Part shown: positions 25,693 through 35,354 of the stretch, in pieces | Layout: each line of letters starts with the position of its first letter | Numbering within the stretch: position 1 is the first letter of the stretch | The notes under the pieces: model-generated | Seen by the model: only the letters and a program-made list of their open reading frames with translations | Database searches by the model: none | What the model was told of the DNA's origin: nothing | Position numbers and translations under genes: made by a program | NCBI GenBank assembly: GCA_038841535.1 | Contig: JAWBTQ010000014.1 | Coordinates: forward strand, 1-35,354 | From: Sulfolobales archaeon | Lineage (GTDB): Archaea > Thermoproteota > Thermoprotei_A > Sulfolobales > NBVN01 | Direction of reading: 5' to 3' | DNA length: 35,354 nucleotides

Positions 25693-26850
25693 TCACGTAG
25701 CAGGTGTTAAAGCTGAGAAGACTCCAGCGGTGCTTGGCCGAATAGCAGTACCAGCACTGATAATGCTGGTAGTGCCCCCCTCAAATCGGTAAACTACAGG
25801 AATCTTAGGTGGGCCGAATATATCAGGAAACAGTATGGAAGCCAGCACTCTGACAGCTACTCCCAGTCTCGGTCCAGGTCGAACTAAGATATCGTTAGCT
25901 TCTTGGTCTACTAAGTAGATTCTACCGGTTCTAAACGCTTTAGTCTGCGCTAGAGGGGTTTCACTAATCTCTTTAGTTAAAACCGTGTAGTTCAAACCCA
26001 TAGCGCTAACGATGATTACGTCTGGGTCATGCGATAGTATGAACTCGTAGTCCAACGCAGGCCAACCAGTAAATTTATCTGCTATGTTTATTCCTCCAGC
26101 AGTTCTTACTAGCCAACCTATGAAAGTGTTTCCTCCAGCTGAGTATAGGCCCCACCCAGGAGGACCGAGGAGAACGAGAACCTTCGGTTGCTCGTCTTTA
26201 GGAACTGCCGTCTCCACCGACATTATATCGGCTTCTATCCTGTTTATTAGCTCTTCAGCAACCCTCTCAACTCCGAAGATCTTAGCGAGAGCTCTTATGT
26301 CGCTGTATACATCATACTTATCGCTCGCAGCTCTTGTGTAGAATACCTTGATGCCCAATTGCTCAAGAGACTCTTTGAGCCGGAGGTGAGGTGGAGTCCC
26401 CGCAGATCCGATGACGAGGTCTGGTCCTAGAGAGATTATCTTCTCTAGGTCGGGCGTCCAGAAACCGCCTATTATTGCTATCTTTCCTTTGCTCACCAAT
26501 TGTTGGGCTTCCATTGGGTAGTTGCATTGGCTCGTAATACCTACAACCCTATCTTGAAGTCCCAGAGTGAACAGTATCTCTGTTATCGATGGAGCTAGTG
26601 ATACTACTCTAGTAGGCGGTTTGTCGAACACTATCTCTCTTCCTAGAGCATCTACTACAGAGATTCTTACTTCAGGCATAATTACCGTGGTTAGCTCGCT
26701 TAAGCGTTGTGTGAAAACTATGGAGATGGTCTTGGTCTCAGTTATAGTAGCTGTCGCAGTAGTACCTCCAGTGAGATACGTACCTACTCCTAGACCTGCT
26801 GCGAGCATTATGAGTGCTACAGCTAGAGTGAGCACTACGTTTCTAGTCAT
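25693..26850 (-). CDS. BtuF-like substrate-binding protein with N-terminal anchor and Thr-rich linker
   Basis: VDALGR, RVVSLAPSITE, EKIISLGPDLV, AGGIN, RPGPR. Confidence 0.88.
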   Translation of the reverse strand: MTRNVVLTLAVALIMLAAGLGVGTYLTGGTTATATITETKTISIVFTQRLSELTTVIMPEVRISVVDALGREIVFDKPPTRVVSLAPSITEILFTLGLQDRVVGITSQCNYPMEAQQLVSKGKIAIIGGFWTPDLEKIISLGPDLVIGSAGTPPHLRLKESLEQLGIKVFYTRAASDKYDVYSDIRALAKIFGVERVAEELINRIEADIMSVETAVPKDEQPKVLVLLGPPGWGLYSAGGNTFIGWLVRTAGGINIADKFTGWPALDYEFILSHDPDVIIVSAMGLNYTVLTKEISETPLAQTKAFRTGRIYLVDQEANDILVRPGPRLGVAVRVLASILFPDIFGPPKIPVVYRFEGGTTSIISAGTAIRPSTAGVFSALTPAT

Positions 26851-26980
26851 CGTTTGGACACCCTATACATACGTAACTGTATCGGTATATAAACTTTCGT
26901 CTCAACCGCTTTAAAGGCAATTCCAGAGGCTCACTTCAAGCTTTTAAGTTCGATCGTCTTATCTATCGAGGTACTAGGCT

Positions 26981-27268
26981 ATGGGTAGGACGAGAGTCGT
27001 TGGTGTAGCTGGTAGGTTTGGCGCTAGATATGGCGCATCCCTTAGGAAGAAGTGGCGGGAGGTCGTAGAGCGTAGGTACTCTGAGTATGTTTGTCCACTA
27101 TGTGGCACTAAGACCCAGTTCAGGAGGCTATCCGTTGGTTTATGGAAATGCCCTAAGTGCGGAAGGACTTTTGCTGGAGGTGCATACCAGCCTTATACGG
27201 AGATAGGTAAAGTGATTATTGTGTCTGGAGTCGGAGGTTTTAGCTCGAGGGAAAGGTCTAGCTCTTGA
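26981..27268 (+). CDS. rpl37ae: 50S ribosomal protein L37Ae (eL43)
   Basis: GRFGARYGASLRK, CPLC...CPKC zinc ribbon, FAGGAY. Confidence 0.95.
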   Translation: MGRTRVVGVAGRFGARYGASLRKKWREVVERRYSEYVCPLCGTKTQFRRLSVGLWKCPKCGRTFAGGAYQPYTEIGKVIIVSGVGGFSSRERSSS

Positions 27269-27831
27269 AGAGCAGACTACTAATAACGACTTCTAGAGAG
27301 CCTTCTAGAAGAACTAGGAGCTTCATTAAAGACTTAAGCACTGTGTTGCCTAATTCAGTGAGAGTAACTAGAGGCAAGTCCACGCACGCTGAATTAGCTG
27401 GTAAAGCCTCCTCCCTAAGTGCTTACGGTATTCTAGTAGTTCTTGAGAAAAAAGGTAATCCCTCCGCGCTCCTATTCGCAGAACCAACGGGGCCGGAGCT
27501 CAAGAAGGTCTTTCTTCTAAAGTTGGGTGGAGTTAGCTTACTGAGAGAGCTGCCGGGTTCTCAATTACCTCTAGGGGTAGAGAAGCTCGTTATTGTACCA
27601 AAAACTATCCCTAGAGGTTTTGCGGAGATACTAGCTCCTTATATAGTAGAGTGCTTTAGACCCACTATAGTAGAGAAAGCTGTGGGAAGAGTCTTAGAGA
27701 TAAAGCTACTAGGAGGAGAAAAAGAGGCATTAGTAGCGTTTATTTGCGCTTCTAGCGATAGAGAATGCGGACCTCGATTTAAAGTCATAAGAATAGTAGA
27801 TTACGTTAAGCAAGTAAGGCTTCCCGAATAA
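27265..27831 (+). CDS. Brix/Imp4-domain ribosome biogenesis protein
   Basis: LITTSREPSRRTRSFIKDL, RGK, KGNPS, GP near the C-terminus. Confidence 0.88.
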   Translation: MKSRLLITTSREPSRRTRSFIKDLSTVLPNSVRVTRGKSTHAELAGKASSLSAYGILVVLEKKGNPSALLFAEPTGPELKKVFLLKLGGVSLLRELPGSQLPLGVEKLVIVPKTIPRGFAEILAPYIVECFRPTIVEKAVGRVLEIKLLGGEKEALVAFICASSDRECGPRFKVIRIVDYVKQVRLPE

Positions 27832-27920
27832 GAGACGTTTATAGACAGGATTTTAATGCCAAGTCTAATACTAAAAACCGGGTTAAATTACCGCGGTCGT
27901 CTAAAGTTTGATGAAGTGAA

Positions 27921-29702
27921 TTAGTACGCCCTAAAGTTTGGAATTGGTCGAGTCTTTCTCGTTATGGCTTGGTGTACTATAATAACTATGGCAATACCAA
28001 TTGGGAGTAATATCAGGGGGCTAATTACTCCAACAAGTATTAGTATGTAGAGCAGTAAGCTCGAGAGAGCTGCCATCGTTCCATAAGGTAGCTGGGTCTT
28101 TACGTGGTCTATGTGGTCACAGCCGCTGAACATGGAAGACATTATCGTAGTGTCACTTATTGGGGAGACATGGTCTCCATATATTCCCCCACCAAAGACG
28201 GCGCCTATCGAAGCAGCAGTAAGAGCGTAGGCAAGACCTAGATCCCCGAGCTGGATTATCGCGAGCTTCCAGGCTAAGGGGACGGCGATCGGCATCATTA
28301 TTCCGAACGTACCCCAGCTTGTCCCAGTAGTGTACGATATGAACATGGAGACTAGAAAAATTAGTAGTGGGGCAGCATGCGCTGGAACTCCTACCGATAC
28401 TGCGTGGCTAACTACGTAATCGGCGGTGCCGATGGTATCAGTAGCTGTCTTAATGCTCCACGCAAGTAGTAGTATCGCGTTTGCGTACAGCATTGTGTAC
28501 ATACCTTTAACTGTGTACTCCATGGCTTTCTCAAAGCTTAATACTCTTCCTAAGAGGACTCCAGCTAAGGCAACAATATAGGCAGCAAAGCTACCCCATA
28601 ATAGTGCCGTTGCAGCGTCAGACTCCATTAGAGCTTCAGAAAACGGTATAGTCCACCACGGAAGTTCATATATTACTCCCTCCTCCGCATATCTCTCGAT
28701 AATTACCTGCGCTCCAGTGTACCACATCCCAATTAGCGTTACAAACACTAAGATAGCTATTGACGCAACGAACAATAGAGGAGACGCCCTTTTCTCCTTA
28801 ACGGGTTCACCCAGCACGGTCTCTGTTGGCATCAGAGGTACAGCACCATCTCTGAGCACTTTTCCCTCGTTAACAGACCTAGCTTCAGCTGCTAACATGG
28901 GCCCGAAGTGCTTCCTGAGTACGATAACTAAGTACACCATGACTATTGCGAGAATGGAGTAGAAATGATAGGGAAGAGCGGACAACCACATAGCGTAGGG
29001 ACCTATATCAGGTGCCACAGCCAGTCTACCGGCAGCTACCTCTTGTTGAAGAGTTTCGAGAGCTGCCTTAACCTGTCCAACTTCGTAGCCTATCCAGGTC
29101 GAAATTAGCGCTATACCCGCTACAGGGGCTGCCGTCGAGTCAACGATATAACTTAAAAGCTCTCTGCTAACTCTAAGCCTATCGGTTAAAGGTCTCATGG
29201 TATTACCTACGATTATCGTGTTGGCGTAGTCGTCAAAGAACACTATAGTTCCTAGAGCCGTCGTAGCTAAGCTAGCTCCCCGCGCAGTCTTAACCTTCCG
29301 TGAAAGGGATTCAGCTAAACTGTGCAGAGAACCGGAGACGTACAGTACACCTACGAGAGCACCAATGACGAAGTCGAAGAGGAGTATAGTCGCATTCCAC
29401 GAGTCTGTAGCATTTTCGACGAGCCAGCCGAGGGCGCGAGCGGTACCCGTTATCGGGTTATAGGCTGCCACCATTAGAGCGCCAACCCAGACACCGAGAA
29501 AGAGTGACGGTAGAACTTGACCTGTAAGCATACAGAGGGTGATCGCCAAAAGCGGAGGTAGTAGAGGAAAGGTGTAGTAGTCGAACCTCTTATCTTCGGG
29601 CATGTACTCAGCGTTCGGGGGAGCTGCTAGAATTAACGCTATAACTAAAACTATGGCAACGATAGCCATCTTCAGAGAAGTACCGGGCTTCAAGCGGGTC
29701 AA
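27921..29702 (-). CDS. NhaC-family Na+/H+ antiporter-like transporter
   Basis: FFDDYAN, DSTAAPV, TGTSWGTFGI, GDHVSPISDTTIMSS, HIDHVKTQLPY. Confidence 0.88.
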   Translation of the reverse strand: MTRLKPGTSLKMAIVAIVLVIALILAAPPNAEYMPEDKRFDYYTFPLLPPLLAITLCMLTGQVLPSLFLGVWVGALMVAAYNPITGTARALGWLVENATDSWNATILLFDFVIGALVGVLYVSGSLHSLAESLSRKVKTARGASLATTALGTIVFFDDYANTIIVGNTMRPLTDRLRVSRELLSYIVDSTAAPVAGIALISTWIGYEVGQVKAALETLQQEVAAGRLAVAPDIGPYAMWLSALPYHFYSILAIVMVYLVIVLRKHFGPMLAAEARSVNEGKVLRDGAVPLMPTETVLGEPVKEKRASPLLFVASIAILVFVTLIGMWYTGAQVIIERYAEEGVIYELPWWTIPFSEALMESDAATALLWGSFAAYIVALAGVLLGRVLSFEKAMEYTVKGMYTMLYANAILLLAWSIKTATDTIGTADYVVSHAVSVGVPAHAAPLLIFLVSMFISYTTGTSWGTFGIMMPIAVPLAWKLAIIQLGDLGLAYALTAASIGAVFGGGIYGDHVSPISDTTIMSSMFSGCDHIDHVKTQLPYGTMAALSSLLLYILILVGVISPLILLPIGIAIVIIVHQAITRKTRPIPNFRAY

Positions 29703-29819
29703 CCTCGATCATTTATTTTACAGATACTTAAAAATTTTATGCTGAAGGGTGCTCGTTTGTTTGGAGAACGAGGTGTCGGTAGATTTAAGGTACTAATTAG
29801 CTTAATTTCACCATAATGT

Positions 29820-30389
29820 ATGGTATGCCCAGAGGTGGTGCAAGTACGCACGGCTGTAAAACCTTCAGTTCGGGTAATTGAGGTTGAAGACTGGAGGGTT
29901 CTTGTTGAAGATGAAGATGGAGTAGTGCGAGAACTAGGTCTTGGATGGGTTGCTGAAAAAAATAGGTACTTCCTCGATATAGCTGAAATAACGTACTTAG
30001 TGTACAAGGACTTCTGTGAAGTGCTTATTGAGGATAGAAGAGCTGATCTATCTTCATTATACTCCCGCTTCCCTCGAATGGACTACGCTTGGTCTAAGTT
30101 TACTGTACTGCTTGACCTACGGGAGAGGGGGAGGAGAGCAAAGTCTGGTTTTTCACCAAGGGAGTTATTCTACACTAAGGGTAGTGAGAAAGTCCTAGTC
30201 CTAGTCCTTGAAGAAAACACCCTAATACAGGCATCAAAAATTGTTGAGTGGGTTAAGTCAGCTATAATGCGAGAGTTTACCCCTATAATCGCTATAGTGG
30301 ACGCGCACGGTGATGTAACTTACTACTCCGCTAGCCTGTCTCGAGCTCGAGATTTAAGTAGGGTGTACCTAGATGAAGGTTCCTCTTGA
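29820..30389 (+). CDS. tRNA-intron endonuclease, probably the structural (non-catalytic) subunit
   Basis: LDIAEITYL, VLLDLRERG, AIVDAHGDVTYY; lacks the GxKYG/His/Lys catalytic set. Confidence 0.7.
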   Translation: MVCPEVVQVRTAVKPSVRVIEVEDWRVLVEDEDGVVRELGLGWVAEKNRYFLDIAEITYLVYKDFCEVLIEDRRADLSSLYSRFPRMDYAWSKFTVLLDLRERGRRAKSGFSPRELFYTKGSEKVLVLVLEENTLIQASKIVEWVKSAIMREFTPIIAIVDAHGDVTYYSASLSRARDLSRVYLDEGSS

Positions 30390-31665
30390 GCCAGCTAGAG
30401 GAACTAGGGACATACTTCCACCCTTCTCAGAGTACTATCAGCAGATCATACTGAAGTTCTCGGAGTTAGCTGAGTTATATGGTTATAGACTTGCTATAGT
30501 CCCAACCATAGAGCACTTTGAGGTCTATGAAGCTAAGTCTGGCCCAGGAATAAGCAAGAGTATGTACGTATTTCAAGATAAGGCCGGTAGGACTGTATGC
30601 CTAAGACCCGAGTTTACTGCTAGCATAGTTAGAGCGTACTTGAAGCATCTAACTGCTAAGCCTAAGCCCATTAAGCTGTACTACTATGGGCAAGTCTTCA
30701 GGTACGACGAGCCTCAGTTCGGTAGATATCGGGAGTTCTACCAAGTTGGTGTTGAGTTCATAGGGGAACCCCGAGTTTATGCGGACATAGAGCTGTTCCA
30801 ACTGATAAGAGACTTCTATAGGACCATAGGACTCTCGAATTACGTATTCAGGATAAACGATATATCGATAATTAGAGGGCTACTTGTGAGGTGGGGAGTA
30901 CCTGAGGATTACCAGGACGAGGTTCTGCACCTTATAGACAAAGGTGAAATAGATAGAGCTCTCGGATTAGTTAGTGGCTTCACTGAGTCGGGGACTTCGG
31001 TACTCAGGAATCTGCTAGAGACTAAGGCGCTAACACCAGATGAACTAAAGTCTGAGTTAAGTAAACTAGAACTACCCCGAGACGCCGTCTATTCGGGGGT
31101 TAGTAGGCTATTAGAGCTGTTTGAAGCTCTTTTAAGTCTCGGCATTAAGGCTTACGTAGACTTTAGGTTAGTTAGGGGGTTAGCGTATTACACGGGGACT
31201 ATTTTCGAGGTTACTGTACCAAACTTTAACCTCAGTATTGGAGGTGGAGGCAGGTACGATACTCTTTCTAAAGTACTGGGAGGCATCGGAGTTCCTGCCA
31301 CTGGGTTCTCTCTCGGTGTGGAGAGAACTATACTAGCTCTAGAGTCGGAGAAAGCTCTAGAAAACCTTGCGAGACCTAGACCTAGAGTCATGTTGATATC
31401 CTTGGTGTCAAATGTCGCATACGTCGATGAGGTGTCACGCAAATTGCGTGAGAGCATGTTCATTGTTGACGTGAGGTATTCATCAAAGCACAAGCTATCA
31501 GACTTACTGAGTCAGGCAGTAAAAGCCGAATACGATTATGTAGCAATCGTAGGTGAGTCGGAGATGATGAGTAGGAGTGTGACTGTGAAGCATCTGAAGT
31601 CCGAGACTCAGAAAACAATAAGTGCTGACTCTCTAGGAGACCTCGGTGTAGTGTGGAAACCATGA
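30373..31665 (+). CDS. hisS: Histidine--tRNA ligase
   Basis: RGTRD, LRPEFTA, FRYDEPQFGRYREFYQ, VRGLAYYTG, GGGRYD, GFSLGVER and an anticodon-binding domain. Confidence 0.95.
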   Translation: MKVPLEPARGTRDILPPFSEYYQQIILKFSELAELYGYRLAIVPTIEHFEVYEAKSGPGISKSMYVFQDKAGRTVCLRPEFTASIVRAYLKHLTAKPKPIKLYYYGQVFRYDEPQFGRYREFYQVGVEFIGEPRVYADIELFQLIRDFYRTIGLSNYVFRINDISIIRGLLVRWGVPEDYQDEVLHLIDKGEIDRALGLVSGFTESGTSVLRNLLETKALTPDELKSELSKLELPRDAVYSGVSRLLELFEALLSLGIKAYVDFRLVRGLAYYTGTIFEVTVPNFNLSIGGGGRYDTLSKVLGGIGVPATGFSLGVERTILALESEKALENLARPRPRVMLISLVSNVAYVDEVSRKLRESMFIVDVRYSSKHKLSDLLSQAVKAEYDYVAIVGESEMMSRSVTVKHLKSETQKTISADSLGDLGVVWKP

Positions 31666-31720
31666 TAGAGAATGCTTACCGCAAAATGCTCCAGCATCCT
31701 ATGCTGGGTGATCTCCGAGA

Positions 31721-32680
31721 ATGAGTAAGGAACTTGCTCCAGTGGAGGATATAAGGGTCAAGAAGAGAATGAACATTAAAGAACTCTTTGAAGCATATAG
31801 AAGCATCCATGGCTTTACAGCCGGATATCTCGCTATAGCTACTGATGTGCTGATTGAGGGACTTAAAGAATCGGATGTGAGGTTTCTAGCGTTTACCGGC
31901 AATCTAGTCGCAACAGGTCTGAGGGGCATAATAGCACAACTTATTGACTTGGGGTTCTTTAACGTCGTTATAACTACGTGTGGAACTGTAGACCACGATA
32001 TCGCTCGGAGTCTGGGTGGTGTGTACTATAGGGGGGACTTCGACTTAGACGATGTAGAACTATCTGAGAGGGGTATACATAGACTGGGTAATGTCCTCAT
32101 ACCTAAGGAAAGCTATGGAGTGGTCATAGAGTCTTACGTTAAGGGCTTAGTCAGTAGACTAGCTGGAGTCAAGCAGGTTTGGGGAGTGAGAGAAATACTA
32201 CGAGAGGTTGGAAGCGACCTCAAAAATGACGCTAACTCCATCTTAGGAGCAGCATTCAGATCTGGAGTAGGAGTGTATGTTCCAGGCATTACCGATGGTG
32301 CCTTTGGCACTAATCTCTTTGTTTTTTCCCAGTTTAAGGGAATCAAGTTAGACATATTTAAGGACATGAAGGAGCTCTCTGACATTGTCTTTACTTCTAA
32401 AAAGAGCCTAGCGCTAGTGATTGGTGGTGGTATAAGCAAGCACCACACCATATGGTGGAACCAGTTCAAGGGAGGACTAGACTATGCCGTTTATATAACA
32501 ACAGCAGTAGAGTGGGATGGTTCTCTTAGTGGAGCTAGAACTAGAGAGGCAGTCTCGTGGGGTAAGATCAGAGCAAGAGGAAAGCATGTTACAGTCTACG
32601 GTGATGCGACTGTATTACTTCCACTAATAGCCGCATACCTTATCGACTCATCAGAACAGCAAAGAGAACGAGTTCATTAG
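31721..32680 (+). CDS. dys: Deoxyhypusine synthase
   Basis: FTGNLVATGLR, HRLGNV, GGGISKHH, DGSLSGARTREAVSWGK, GDAT. Confidence 0.95.
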   Translation: MSKELAPVEDIRVKKRMNIKELFEAYRSIHGFTAGYLAIATDVLIEGLKESDVRFLAFTGNLVATGLRGIIAQLIDLGFFNVVITTCGTVDHDIARSLGGVYYRGDFDLDDVELSERGIHRLGNVLIPKESYGVVIESYVKGLVSRLAGVKQVWGVREILREVGSDLKNDANSILGAAFRSGVGVYVPGITDGAFGTNLFVFSQFKGIKLDIFKDMKELSDIVFTSKKSLALVIGGGISKHHTIWWNQFKGGLDYAVYITTAVEWDGSLSGARTREAVSWGKIRARGKHVTVYGDATVLLPLIAAYLIDSSEQQRERVH

Positions 32681-32904
32681 TTAAAGTCACTTTCACTCAG
32701 ACCAGTAAGTAGGTCAATAGCGCAAAACTCAAAGCTGTATTACCTAAGACAGATACTCATAGCCGTTCATTAGGTGTGCTGATCTTGTTGTTTGAGCATG
32801 AAGGTTGTAAAAGGTTTTGATAAGTAGAATTGAGTGGTCTAAGGTTTTTAAGCGTTCGAACTGGTTAAGAGTTATGTAGAGAGTAGCTGAGTGACTATGC
32901 AGGG

Positions 32905-35354
32905 GTGGTCATAGTTAGGGAAGAACTCGATGAAGCCTCATTAGCTGTTTACCTAAGGACTTGTCCCAACTGCGGAGGTGTGATTAGCGATCGAAGGCTT
33001 CTCATGGGCCTGCCGTGTAACAGGTGCCTTCCTCAGGGTGCTCTGGGAGTTGGTCACGAGTCTTTGTTTACCGTAATGAGGAGTCTCGGTACGGCTAAAA
33101 ATTATAAAAAACTAGAGGAGATTCAAGGAGTATACGAGGAACTACTCAAGTTTTTCATTGAAGCCTTAGGTAGTGAACCTTGGGGCATCCAAAAGCTATG
33201 GCTTAAGCGTCTAAGTAAGAGATCGTCGTTTGCTATGCTCGCACCTACTGGAGTTGGTAAAACGACTGTAGGACTTCTCTCAGCTGTATACTTTGCTATG
33301 AAGGGAGGTAAGAGTTACGTCATAGTGCCGACAACCCTCTTGGTTATGCAGGCTGAGAGGATTATAGAGAGGTTTCTCAACAAAATAGGGTTTACAGCCA
33401 TAGTTGTCTCGATACACTCTAAGCTCAGCAAGTCCGAAAGAGTAAAGAGGGAAGACATGGTTCAGAAGGGGGAGTTCGATATACTAATTACGACGTCAAG
33501 GTACCTCATGAAAAACTTCGATAAGCTGCAGAACCTCAAGTTTACTTACATCTTCGTAGATGATGTCGACGCTGTCATGCGCGGATCTAAGTCTATCGAG
33601 ATGATCTTAGTTTTAATGGGCTTCTCTAAGGACGACATCGACAGAGGTTTAGAGTTAATTAAGTTGAGGAGGGAGCTAGTTTATCGAGGTTCTAGTGAGG
33701 ACTTAGTAAGTAAGGTAAGGATTCTGGAGAGCTGCCTGAGGGAGAGAGCTAGGAGCGTTAATTCCGTTTTAGTAATATCTTCAGCTACTGGCTCACCTAG
33801 GGGCTCCAGGTCCAGACTCTTCAAGGAACTCTTGGGTTTTGATGTCGGAGCTCGCCCAGAGCTTATACGAAATATTGTGGACATATATTTCATTCCATCG
33901 GCAAGCCTTGAAGATGCGCTATTTGAGCTTGTAGAGCGCTTAGGAAGAGGTGGGCTTATTTACGTTCCAGTCGACCGGGGGATAGAATACGCTGATTACC
34001 TAGTTAGTATCCTGAGGTCTAGAGGGATTAAAGCTGAAGCCATACATAGCAAGAAAGCTAGCGCGCTAGACTCTTTTACTTCCGGCGAGGTTGACGTACT
34101 CGTTGGTGTAGCAACTTACTATGGAGTACTAGTGAGGGGGATAGACCTACCGGAGCACGTTAGGTTCGCAGTCTTTGTTGGTATACCTAGACATAGGGTT
34201 AGCTTACGAGTAGATAAACTCGATGCCACCGACGTGTTGAGGTTACTGCCTCTCTTAGTTGACATAGTTAAATCTGAGGAAACTCGCGATAAGTTAGAAT
34301 CATATCTCACTAAGTTGATTAGAGCCGTGAGGAGGGCAGGTATCTTCATAATTGAAAGGTTTAGAGAGATAGCAAAGGGTGTTAGAGAACCTGAAACAGC
34401 TATCGAGAAGATGTTTGCTGAAGCTCTTGGGCTAGTTAAGGACCTAATAAAGGATCCCGATATATTAAATTCTCTAACAAAGAACCCAGAAGTCACAGTT
34501 ATAGAAGAGAAAGGCGAGCTCTACGTACTTATACCGGATTCTCCGACATACATACAAGCAAGTGGGAGGACATCAAGACTGTACTTGGGAGGAATAAGTA
34601 AAGGTGTATCAGTAGTCATAGTTGACGACTTGAGGCTCTTAAGAGGGCTTGAGAAAAGGCTTTCTTTCATTATCGACGATTTTAGGTTTATGAGCTACTC
34701 TGATGTTCTTCCGATACTTCCCGAACTCTTGAGGGAAGTGGATAGAGATAGAGAGCTCATTAGAAAGGTTCGTGAGGGAACCATAACTAAGGAGGAGTTA
34801 TCGAAGCTTAGAGGGTTGGAGTTTAAGACATCGCTACTAGTTGTTGAGTCTCCGAACAAAGCGAGGACTATAGCGAAGTTCTTTGGGAGACCAAGTGCTA
34901 AGGATTACGGTAGGTTGAGAGTGTATGAAGTAAGTCTCGGTAATCAGACTATACTCATAACGTCATCCGGTGGACACGTTTATGAGCTCGTTACCAACGC
35001 CGAAGACCTAACTAAGGGTGTTAATGATTGGGTGGAGTTATTCGGAGTTATGCTGAAGAAGAGAAGGTATATCCCACTATATACAACCATAAAGAAATGT
35101 CAATCGTGTGGCAAACAATTCACGGATGAAACAGCTAGACCCGATGTATGCCCGTACTGCAGCTCAACACGTGTAGTCGACTCAGAGAGCATAGTTTCAG
35201 CCATAAGAGATGTAGCTATGGAGGTAGACGAGGTTCTAGTTGGAACAGACCCTGATACCGAAGGCGAGAAAATAGCTTATGACCTAATTAGCGCGATCAC
35301 CCCCATTAACAGTAATGTTAAGAGAGTAGAGTTTCATGAGGTAACGAGAAGGGC
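32905..35354 (+). CDS. rgy: Reverse gyrase, 5' part (runs off window end)
   Basis: Not in the ORF track because there is no stop in the window. In one frame from GTG 32905: CPNC...CNRC zinc finger, APTGVGKTT, VDDVD, SSAT, RGIDLP, YIQASGRTSR, VESPNKARTI, second zinc finger CQSC...CPYC, TDPDTEGEKIA. Confidence 0.96.
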   Translation, partial: MVIVREELDEASLAVYLRTCPNCGGVISDRRLLMGLPCNRCLPQGALGVGHESLFTVMRSLGTAKNYKKLEEIQGVYEELLKFFIEALGSEPWGIQKLWLKRLSKRSSFAMLAPTGVGKTTVGLLSAVYFAMKGGKSYVIVPTTLLVMQAERIIERFLNKIGFTAIVVSIHSKLSKSERVKREDMVQKGEFDILITTSRYLMKNFDKLQNLKFTYIFVDDVDAVMRGSKSIEMILVLMGFSKDDIDRGLELIKLRRELVYRGSSEDLVSKVRILESCLRERARSVNSVLVISSATGSPRGSRSRLFKELLGFDVGARPELIRNIVDIYFIPSASLEDALFELVERLGRGGLIYVPVDRGIEYADYLVSILRSRGIKAEAIHSKKASALDSFTSGEVDVLVGVATYYGVLVRGIDLPEHVRFAVFVGIPRHRVSLRVDKLDATDVLRLLPLLVDIVKSEETRDKLESYLTKLIRAVRRAGIFIIERFREIAKGVREPETAIEKMFAEALGLVKDLIKDPDILNSLTKNPEVTVIEEKGELYVLIPDSPTYIQASGRTSRLYLGGISKGVSVVIVDDLRLLRGLEKRLSFIIDDFRFMSYSDVLPILPELLREVDRDRELIRKVREGTITKEELSKLRGLEFKTSLLVVESPNKARTIAKFFGRPSAKDYGRLRVYEVSLGNQTILITSSGGHVYELVTNAEDLTKGVNDWVELFGVMLKKRRYIPLYTTIKKCQSCGKQFTDETARPDVCPYCSSTRVVDSESIVSAIRDVAMEVDEVLVGTDPDTEGEKIAYDLISAITPINSNVKRVEFHEVTRR

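Noticed and set aside
26851-26980. Cobalamin riboswitch upstream of the btu-like operon
   Set aside because: The gap is only 130 bp, holds two divergent TATA boxes, and shows no B12-box.
27901-27940. CTAAAGTTTG direct repeat at 27901 and 27931
   Set aside because: Only two 10-bp copies, one inside a gene end; compatible with chance or a small duplication.
399-34496. Numerous short antisense or overlapping ORFs in the track (e.g. 635-949, 9441-9839, 10314-10778, 19079-19669, 25328-25792, 29699-30007, 34119-34496)
   Set aside because: Shadows of well-supported genes, with Ser/Thr/Leu-rich antisense composition and no motifs.
32905-35354. Intein or frameshift in reverse gyrase
   Set aside because: Helicase and topoisomerase motifs occur in one frame at normal spacing; the gene is missing from the ORF track only because it lacks a stop in the window.
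1-35354. tRNA/rRNA genes, provirus or defence island
   Set aside because: No cloverleaf, rRNA, integrase, capsid, restriction-modification or toxin-antitoxin signatures were recognised.

Overview
Gene-dense chromosomal window from a hyperthermophilic crenarchaeon (Thermoproteota). The assignment rests on reverse gyrase, ribosomal proteins eL38 and eL43, a non-catalytic tRNA-splicing endonuclease subunit, deoxyhypusine synthase, Brix and ADP-forming acyl-CoA synthetase beta. It is mostly housekeeping: translation and RNA modification, peptidases, a BirA-BioY-ECF biotin module, a Btu/Fec-type ABC importer and an NhaC-family transporter. The most notable signal is non-coding. Two homologous, structured, minus-strand elements flank a two-gene block (about 15012-15117 and 16761-17036; 59/92 identical by hand alignment, with a compensatory stem change). 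The larger one is a 276-bp miniature element with repeat-bearing, imperfectly inverted ends, a 2-bp flanking repeat and an H/ACA-like K-loop hairpin. I interpret it as an internally deleted IS607/IS605-type tnpB element that keeps only its ends and the omega-RNA (guide RNA) region; the smaller one looks like an older, right-end-only copy. Other leads are a membrane-tethered HTH regulator tail-to-tail with a site-2 protease, an apparently inactivated DHH-fold protein, a 15-bp perfect inverted repeat before an M20 hydrolase, and a UPF0282 gene whose conserved N-terminus has no in-frame canonical start. All family calls are from motif recognition by eye; no database search was run.
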